Assembly: GCA_031260565.1 (NCBI GenBank)
Contig: JAISLH010000015.1
Span: 452-64,451 of the forward strand
Length of the DNA: 64,000 nucleotides
From: Bacteroidales bacterium
Lineage (GTDB): Bacteria; Bacteroidota; Bacteroidia; Bacteroidales; P3
Reading direction: 5' to 3'
In this document: piece after piece, positions 62,383 through 64,000 of the stretch
Layout of the letters: every line of letters begins with the position of its first letter
Position numbering within the stretch: position 1 is the first letter of the stretch
Translations under genes and position numbers: made by a program
Notes under the pieces: model-generated
The model's database searches: none
What the model saw: only the letters and a program-made list of their open reading frames with translations
What the model was told of the DNA's origin: nothing

Positions 62383-64000
62383 ATGATGGATACCAAAAAA
62401 AGTGAAAAGATTAAAAAATGGTTAAAAGCCATGTCTTTTGAATTGCCTCAAAACAGTTTTCAATTAAATGTTGATTTTCAAAATGAAAGATTCATTTATC
62501 CTGTCGGCTTGAATACAAATGGAGATTTTGTAACGGCTATTGTTGATGACAGAAAAGAAAACTTTGTTGTCTTTGAGTGTGTGCATCGTCTTCTGAAAAA
62601 GGGCTATAAACCCGAACATATTGAACTGGAAAGACCTGTAAAAGTTGGACATGGAGCAAGCGGCGGCAGGTCAGATATTATTGTAAAAGACAATGACGGC
62701 AATATATTACTGATAATTGAATGCAAAACCTACGGAACGGAATTTAACAATGCATGGAAAGATACTTTGGAAGACGGCGGACAACTCTTTACTTATGTAA
62801 ATGGACTGGATAATTCAACGCAATTTGTTGCCCTCTATGCCTCTGAACTTGCCGATGAAAAAATAAAATATGATTGCAATCTTATTGCTCTTCGGGATAA
62901 TGAAGAATATTTGCAATCATTTGGTAAAAAGAAAGTACCATGTTTCAAAGAAGCAAAAAATACAAAACAAATCTATGCGGCTTGGGCGGCAACCTATCAA
63001 AAGGACTATTCCACACAGGGACTTTTTGAGGAAGACATTGCCGCCTATACAATAGGAAAAACCAAATATTCGGCAAAGGACTTAAAAGAAGTTGATAACG
63101 ATGATATTCAAAAGAAATACCACCAATTCGCTACCATTTTGAGAAAATACAATGTATCGGGACACGAAAACGCTTTTGATAAACTTGTTAATCTCTTTTT
63201 GGCAAAGATTGTTGATGAGAATATCAACAAAGACGAACTCGCTTTTTATTGGAAAGGTGCGGCTTATGACGATGTTTTCAGTTTGACGGACAGATTGCAA
63301 AAGCATTACAAAATCGGAATGGAAAAGTTTTTGAACGAAGAGGTTACCTATATAGAAAACGCCGATATTGACCATGCGTTTCGCCTGCACAAAAAAGATG
63401 CTACCAAAAAGGTGATTTTGGATTATTTAAGGCAACTCAAATTTTTTACTAACAACGACTTTGCCTTTATTGATGTGCATAACGAAAAACTTTTTTATCA
63501 AAATGCCGAAGTGCTGCTCGAAATCGTTAAGATGATTCAGGATATAAAACTGCAAACCAACACGCAAAACCAATTCTTGGGTGATTTGTTTGAGGGCTTT
63601 TTAGACAAGGGCGTAAAACAAAGTGAAGGGCAGTTCTTTACTCCGATGCCCATTGTAAAATTTCTAATTTCTTCTTTGCCTTTGGCTGAAATGGTGAAAA
63701 ACGGTGAGGCATTGCAAACGATTGATTATGCTTGCGGAGCGGGACACTTCTTAAACGAATACGCCAATCAAATTTTGCCGCTCATTGAAAAAGATAAAAA
63801 AGCCGATTTCTATAAGGCAATTACGGGCATTGAAAAAGAATACCGCCTTTCAAAAGTGGCAAAAGTTTCCGCTTTTATGTATGGGCAGGACGACATTAAA
63901 ATTATTTACGGCGATGCACTTGCAAAGAATGCAGACATCAAAGACGGCACTTATTCTATTCTTGTGGCAAATCCGCCCTATTCGGTGAAAGGTTTTTTGG
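62383..64000 (+). CDS. Type IIG-like restriction-modification fusion protein (N-terminal PD-ExK nuclease plus gamma-class N6-adenine methyltransferase), 5' part only
   Basis: I translated it by hand. It is open from ATG 62383 to the window end (about 539 codons) and is not in the ORF track because it has no stop. It contains GRSDIIVKDNDGNILLIIECKT (D...ExK), EGQFFTP, DYACGAGHFL (motif I) and LVANPPYS (motif IV, 63973-63984). Confidence 0.8.
   Translation, partial: MMDTKKSEKIKKWLKAMSFELPQNSFQLNVDFQNERFIYPVGLNTNGDFVTAIVDDRKENFVVFECVHRLLKKGYKPEHIELERPVKVGHGASGGRSDIIVKDNDGNILLIIECKTYGTEFNNAWKDTLEDGGQLFTYVNGLDNSTQFVALYASELADEKIKYDCNLIALRDNEEYLQSFGKKKVPCFKEAKNTKQIYAAWAATYQKDYSTQGLFEEDIAAYTIGKTKYSAKDLKEVDNDDIQKKYHQFATILRKYNVSGHENAFDKLVNLFLAKIVDENINKDELAFYWKGAAYDDVFSLTDRLQKHYKIGMEKFLNEEVTYIENADIDHAFRLHKKDATKKVILDYLRQLKFFTNNDFAFIDVHNEKLFYQNAEVLLEIVKMIQDIKLQTNTQNQFLGDLFEGFLDKGVKQSEGQFFTPMPIVKFLISSLPLAEMVKNGEALQTIDYACGAGHFLNEYANQILPLIEKDKKADFYKAITGIEKEYRLSKVAKVSAFMYGQDDIKIIYGDALAKNADIKDGTYSILVANPPYSVKGFL

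Overview
This is a moderately AT-rich chromosomal segment that looks like Bacteroidota, probably Bacteroidales. The evidence is six ORFs with T9SS C-terminal sorting domains, recurrent TAnnTTTG -7 promoter boxes 20-45 nt upstream of start codons, Nqr, an S46 dipeptidyl-peptidase and PPi-type PFK. Housekeeping genes (ABC-F, tonB-like, aroK, tsaD, RNase R parts, tRNA-Ser, nqrABCD, fabG, dnaG, pfp, cysS, trmH-like, coaD) sit between large secreted or surface proteins and an accessory right end. That right end holds lysine-fermentation genes (atoD-like, kal, kce) interrupted by a compact type II R-M cassette flanked by a perfect 33-bp direct repeat, followed by a type IIG-like nuclease-methylase fusion that runs off the window and is absent from the ORF track. 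A HepT/MNT toxin-antitoxin pair and an orphan SPPY methyltransferase are also present. I saw no transposase, integrase, CRISPR array or rRNA. The most unusual content is non-coding. (1) A dispersed family of about 90-bp palindromic elements built from a 13-mer box AAAG[C/T]GGCGTTTC has about 8 copies, nearly all intergenic, and one copy has its central box inverted. (2) Two larger composite elements (about 39.3 kb and 57.5 kb) have long inverted arms made of related boxes, enclosing 7 and 5 copies of the 10-bp palindrome GATGTACATC at exactly 22-bp phasing. (3) A 21-bp x 10-11 tandem array preceded by a G9 tract lies upstream of an uncharacterised two-gene cassette. RNase R also appears split by a 0.8-kb segment carrying an HU-like gene, and the nqr operon stops after nqrD. 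All functional calls rest on motif recognition by eye; no database search was run.
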